A stretch of 64,000 bases of DNA. It comes from Balanoglossus misakiensis (taxonomy: Eukaryota > Animalia > Hemichordata). The notes beneath the pieces were generated by a model that did no database searches, was not told where the DNA came from, and worked only from the letters and a program-made list of their open reading frames with translations. The stretch spans positions 124,001-188,000 of the forward strand of contig JBECUI020000034.1 of the NCBI GenBank assembly GCA_040954595.2. The letters run 5' to 3'. Every line of letters starts with the position of its first letter. Position 1 is the stretch's first letter. The position numbers and the translations under genes were made by a program. Below, piece by piece: positions 60,243 through 64,000 of the stretch.

Positions 60243-60252
60243 GCGTGGGAAG

Positions 60253-62265
60253 ATGAGAAAAGCAATTCTTATTCTCAGCATTGTTATTGCTGTCATTATA
60301 GCCTTTACATCGCTATTTATTATCCTGAATATCGGGAATATTCAAGATGCTACCGAACAAATATATGAACAGATTCGGGTAAGCAACGAAGAACTGGACA
60401 GAATACGTACAACAACAAACATGCTCATTGAAGACAATAGAGAAATACGGCAGATGTTTCACTTGCCGGAGAAACAGTATCCCATTCAATATGATGATGC
60501 AGAAGAATTGGAAGAAGATTCAATATTTACGCCCTACTTCAAGGGCATTGAGAAGATTATTGAACAGAGAAATAAAGAAACCTTATCGATAACTCTTTCT
60601 GCGCTTTTTGAAGACAGACTTTTCCGTGCCAAAGTTCAATCTGCCGGATTAACCGCAGAGTATGCCGACAATTATATTTCCCTTGTGGATAAACTCGACA
60701 GGGCATATATGACCATTTCTGCCGCACTCAGCAAAGAACAGATGCTTACTTATCAGGTAGAAACTGTGCTGGAAGAGGAACTGAAAGAATACAAGGAAGC
60801 AGCAGAAATTGTTACGAATCTGGAAAGAGACATTGATGCTGTTTCCGAGCACTATCGTACCTACGATCAGCGTCGGGATGCACTGCTGAGTATAAGCCAG
60901 GAACCGGAGATAATTCGTATAATCCAGAGGCAAAAACTTGACATAAAACTAGGTGATGCATTGGCAGAATTGCCATTTTTCGCTCTATATAAACAGGGTT
61001 ATGAAGTTATGCGCATTACTGTGAACCCTGCTGATTATACATTTCAGATTGCTGAACAAAGTTTTCATACATTTCAGGAATTATATGCATATCTTCTTCC
61101 TTATGTCAGCGAAAATATTTTTTATACGCCGAGCGAGATTCGCTTGGAAGAAAGTCTGGCAACAATACGAACTGTTTTTCAGGACCCGGGAGTTATAAGA
61201 TACCTGGAAAACAATGGCCTTCATCGTGCTGAAACGGAGCGTCAGGATGAAGAACATCTTTTCTTTGATCTGCTTGACAGTAATGAGCATAAGGTGGGAT
61301 CTCTTGCCATACAGTTGATAAGCGGAGAGATATGGCTTATGGACAAGGATGAACGCCCGATTTCATCATTGAAAGCATTGATGAATAAAGAAATTAACTT
61401 CAATACGGATCAATCAAGTACAGGTTTCCAATATAATATCTCGAATATGCTTCCCGTACAAACTGCAACTGAAAATTTTACAATCTTATTAGTTGGGCTG
61501 CATGAAAATATGGCAGATACAATAATTATTGCCTACCACATATCCGCCCTAGAAAAAATACTATTATTCAGCATTCCGCGTGATATTTATTTCCGTGGGA
61601 AGAAAATAAATAGCATTTATGCAGAATATGGTCCCAAGCGCTTTGTGCAGGATATTCAAAGCATTACGCAGATACCTATCGATTCATATATTGCTGTTGA
61701 TATGTTTGCTTTTATTGATGCAGTTAACGCGGTTGGTGGCATTGATATTATCTTGAAGGAAGATCTCATTGATCCCAGCTACAAGATCAAAGAAAACGGA
61801 CGGTGGTCAACCCTCTATTATCCTGCAGGGAAGCACCATCTACATGGAATTGCGGCACTTCGAGTCGCCCGTTCCCGCGGCACGACATCAGATTTTGACC
61901 GATCCATCAGACAACAAACAATATTGATGGCTGCATATCATAAAATACAAGAACGTTTTTTGCAAGATGGCGCTGCCGTATATTCTTTGCTTAACATACT
62001 TTTCTCTTATACGCATAGCGATCTTAATCTTATTGATATGCTCATGTATTTACAGCGATATTCTTCCTTTTCCCTTGGAGAACAGATCATCTTGAATACG
62101 GACAATATTCTTTATAATACCTATACAAACCTTCGTTTTCTCAAGGAAGGGGACCCGGAACCTGAAAATAAAGGACTATGGATATTGTTACCTGTTGAAA
62201 ATAATTGGGATGCAATCCCATCATTTATGAGATCAAGTATTCAAAAGCATCTCAATCTGCAGTAA
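60253..62265 (+). CDS. LCP (LytR-CpsA-Psr) family protein with long N-terminal extension
   Basis: TM anchor; LCP domain from about aa 407 (ILLVG, ADTII, SIPRD, KINSIY, VNAVGGI, ARSR..SDFDR..RQQ). Confidence 0.9.
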   Translation: MRKAILILSIVIAVIIAFTSLFIILNIGNIQDATEQIYEQIRVSNEELDRIRTTTNMLIEDNREIRQMFHLPEKQYPIQYDDAEELEEDSIFTPYFKGIEKIIEQRNKETLSITLSALFEDRLFRAKVQSAGLTAEYADNYISLVDKLDRAYMTISAALSKEQMLTYQVETVLEEELKEYKEAAEIVTNLERDIDAVSEHYRTYDQRRDALLSISQEPEIIRIIQRQKLDIKLGDALAELPFFALYKQGYEVMRITVNPADYTFQIAEQSFHTFQELYAYLLPYVSENIFYTPSEIRLEESLATIRTVFQDPGVIRYLENNGLHRAETERQDEEHLFFDLLDSNEHKVGSLAIQLISGEIWLMDKDERPISSLKALMNKEINFNTDQSSTGFQYNISNMLPVQTATENFTILLVGLHENMADTIIIAYHISALEKILLFSIPRDIYFRGKKINSIYAEYGPKRFVQDIQSITQIPIDSYIAVDMFAFIDAVNAVGGIDIILKEDLIDPSYKIKENGRWSTLYYPAGKHHLHGIAALRVARSRGTTSDFDRSIRQQTILMAAYHKIQERFLQDGAAVYSLLNILFSYTHSDLNLIDMLMYLQRYSSFSLGEQIILNTDNILYNTYTNLRFLKEGDPEPENKGLWILLPVENNWDAIPSFMRSSIQKHLNLQ

Positions 62266-62272
62266 GTGCAGA

Positions 62273-62301
62273 TTGCTTTTCTTTCATATTTTCTGTATAA
62301 T
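62273..62301 (+). promoter_or_regulatory. Putative sigma70 promoter
   Basis: TTGCTT-17-TATAAT; GGAGG SD before GTG 62330. Confidence 0.6.
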
Positions 62302-62329
62302 TATAGTAACGCTGTAACGGAGGTTTTCT

Positions 62330-62660
62330 GTGCCTTGGAAATTATTGTTTATACTATTATTAATTGTATTACTGCTATACTTGTTTTGGTTAAATAGGGA
62401 TAATCTAGTTAGAATATCATTTATTTTCTACGAACTAATTGATATACCTGTTCTATTTGTTGTCAGCATTTCATTGACAGTAGGAGGGTGCATTGGTTCT
62501 GCTATTACTTATTTCTCCTACAAACGAAGAATGCAGGCAATGGCAGCACCTCCTGGAAAAGAAGAGATAAAAAAGAAGAAGAAAAAAGCAAAGGCTGAAC
62601 GAAAAAATCAGAACCGCCTGCTCAGCCTGACAATACTGGTACAAGTTCAGAGGAGGGGTA
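62330..62660 (+). CDS. LapA/DUF1049-like small membrane protein (probable missing A near 62605)
   Basis: Two TM helices, N...V.ISF.F...IPV motif, Lys-rich tail; one extra A gives stop TAG 62660 just before the next SD. Confidence 0.7.
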
Positions 62661-62673
62661 GTTCGAGGAAAAT

Positions 62674-63711
62674 ATGCAGCGATTTTCTTGCCTGTTATTG
62701 ATCGCAGTGGTACCATTTGTCGCATTTGCTATAGATGAAGACCTAGCTGATTGGCTTACAAATAATATTGATAATGAAAAGTATGGCGAGCAGGTTGAGT
62801 ATCTTCTAAGCACAATAGAAGATCCTTCCGAATTACACCTATTGGTAGACCGCTACATTCCCTTTGTATCGGATATCTCTTTTCGTGCGCTACTATTGTA
62901 TCGAACGGGAATGCTGTTTGAGTTATGGGGCAATCTTGCGTATGCTATCAGTAGCTATCGCTTTGCCTATACGCTTGACCCTCAAGTTATATATGCCTAT
63001 CGGGAAGCATTGATATCCTATGAGATGGGATTATATGAAGAAAGCGAAAATATCTTAAACCGCTTACGCATGAGAAATCCAGAGAGCTACATTCTTCTAG
63101 AAAGCATGCTTAATAGCGAAAAAGAAGACCATGATGGAAAAATTGCAATTGCTCGCCAATTAGTGCAAATAAACTCTGCCTCTCCCTCACATATATACTT
63201 CTATTATTCTCTTCTGTGGCAAGCAGGACTACAAGAGTCCGCCCGTGAGCAAGCAGAACGATTGCAGGAACTCTATCCTGAAAGTCCTGAAGCAATAATA
63301 GCAAATCAACAAGTAGAAAATGTGCAAGGAGTAATACATGAGTATCCTTCTTTATCACGGATATTCCATACCATACGAATAGAAGGACAGGAATCTCAGG
63401 AAATGCAAGAAGTAATGGATGTGCCGCTCTTGGCGGATCCGGTGGACGATGAGCTTACAGCAGATAATTCACAATCCCTTGTTGGATTACAGATTGCATC
63501 GTTTTTGAACAGGGATAATGCTGAATCTCTTCTGATCGAATTGCGTGCAAAGAATCTACCTGTTTTACCCATTATTCAGCAAATTACTGTAAATAATATG
63601 GTGTATCATCGCGTTATTATTCCATATGATACAGAGAAATTTACTGGTAGCAACGATTTCTTTACGAGAATCCTTGAATACAATATTGAGGGGATTCTAC
63701 TCTACGACTAG
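62674..63711 (+). CDS. Exported TPR + SPOR domain protein
   Basis: Signal peptide, TPR-like helices, YPESPEA, C-terminal LQIASF..RDNA..L..YHRVII. Confidence 0.8.
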   Translation: MQRFSCLLLIAVVPFVAFAIDEDLADWLTNNIDNEKYGEQVEYLLSTIEDPSELHLLVDRYIPFVSDISFRALLLYRTGMLFELWGNLAYAISSYRFAYTLDPQVIYAYREALISYEMGLYEESENILNRLRMRNPESYILLESMLNSEKEDHDGKIAIARQLVQINSASPSHIYFYYSLLWQAGLQESAREQAERLQELYPESPEAIIANQQVENVQGVIHEYPSLSRIFHTIRIEGQESQEMQEVMDVPLLADPVDDELTADNSQSLVGLQIASFLNRDNAESLLIELRAKNLPVLPIIQQITVNNMVYHRVIIPYDTEKFTGSNDFFTRILEYNIEGILLYD

Positions 63712-64000
63712 CTATCGACTAGTATTTGTTCAAAGTATAGAATCGAACCGGGAATCAGTTCCACCATATCCATGCGAACTTGAACGGGATAAAGACTCAA
63801 AGTTCGAATTGTTTTGCGTTCTTCCATCTTTACTGCGTATTCTACTAAATAACGCCTATTTTCTTTTTCCTGTCCGGACTGGTTAAGAATACGCAGTTCC
63901 AGGATTGGTCTATCAACATAGAAAAGATGATATAAGCCGGATAACTCATTATTTCCATCATGCATAGTAAAACTAGGTAATGAAAAGTATAATTCCTGAT
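63708..64000 (-). CDS. 3' end of a hypothetical protein (possibly pallilysin-related adhesin-like)
   Basis: Frame open to the window edge; beta-rich C-terminus ending FEQ; family call is tentative. Confidence 0.45.
   Translation of the reverse strand, partial: QELYFSLPSFTMHDGNNELSGLYHLFYVDRPILELRILNQSGQEKENRRYLVEYAVKMEERKTIRTLSLYPVQVRMDMVELIPGSILYFEQILVDS

Noticed and set aside
62560-62610. Poly-Lys / A-rich tract as a phase-variation site
   Set aside because: Mixed AAA/AAG codons in a low-complexity tail; a single missing A explains the extended ORF and matches the general error pattern.

Overview
Gene-dense core-chromosome segment of a spirochaete (Spirochaetia). The assignment is inferred from spirochaete-type lipoproteins, a TP0733-like outer membrane protein, an LptD-like gene next to uvrA, and Borrelia/Treponema-like gene order. 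Contents in order: rpoD-zinc ribbon protein-rnpB-TPR-mreBCD-mrdA-rodA, HD hydrolase-glnS, an inverted ilvB-ilvN-leuC-leuD-ilvD block, polyprenyl synthase, pdxTS divergent from yggS, rluD-murI-rsgA-mutS2, the V/A-type ATPase operon (E-C-A-B-D-I-K, Na+ signature), uvrA-lptD, phoH-ybeY-corC-TPR-gap-pgk-tpiA-secG, J-domain-SurA-nusB-map-htrA-PRTase, lipoprotein plus OMP, folD-folE2-split purH, LCP-lapA-SPOR. Many genes are broken by single-base indels, mostly in homopolymers and densest at about 45-55 kb. These look like long-read consensus errors, not true pseudogenes. I found no CRISPR, tRNA, rRNA, phage or IS element, and no clear new multi-gene system. The best non-obvious signals are: (i) a decayed relic of a sugar-acid (KDG-type) locus at 25.6-26.7 kb, with IclR, KdgK and SDR fragments around one intact DUF1893 gene; (ii) an LCP protein with three tandem ~95-aa uncharacterised repeats; (iii) several apparently leaderless genes driven by compact back-to-back promoters. 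All family calls come from motif recognition by eye; no database searches were run.
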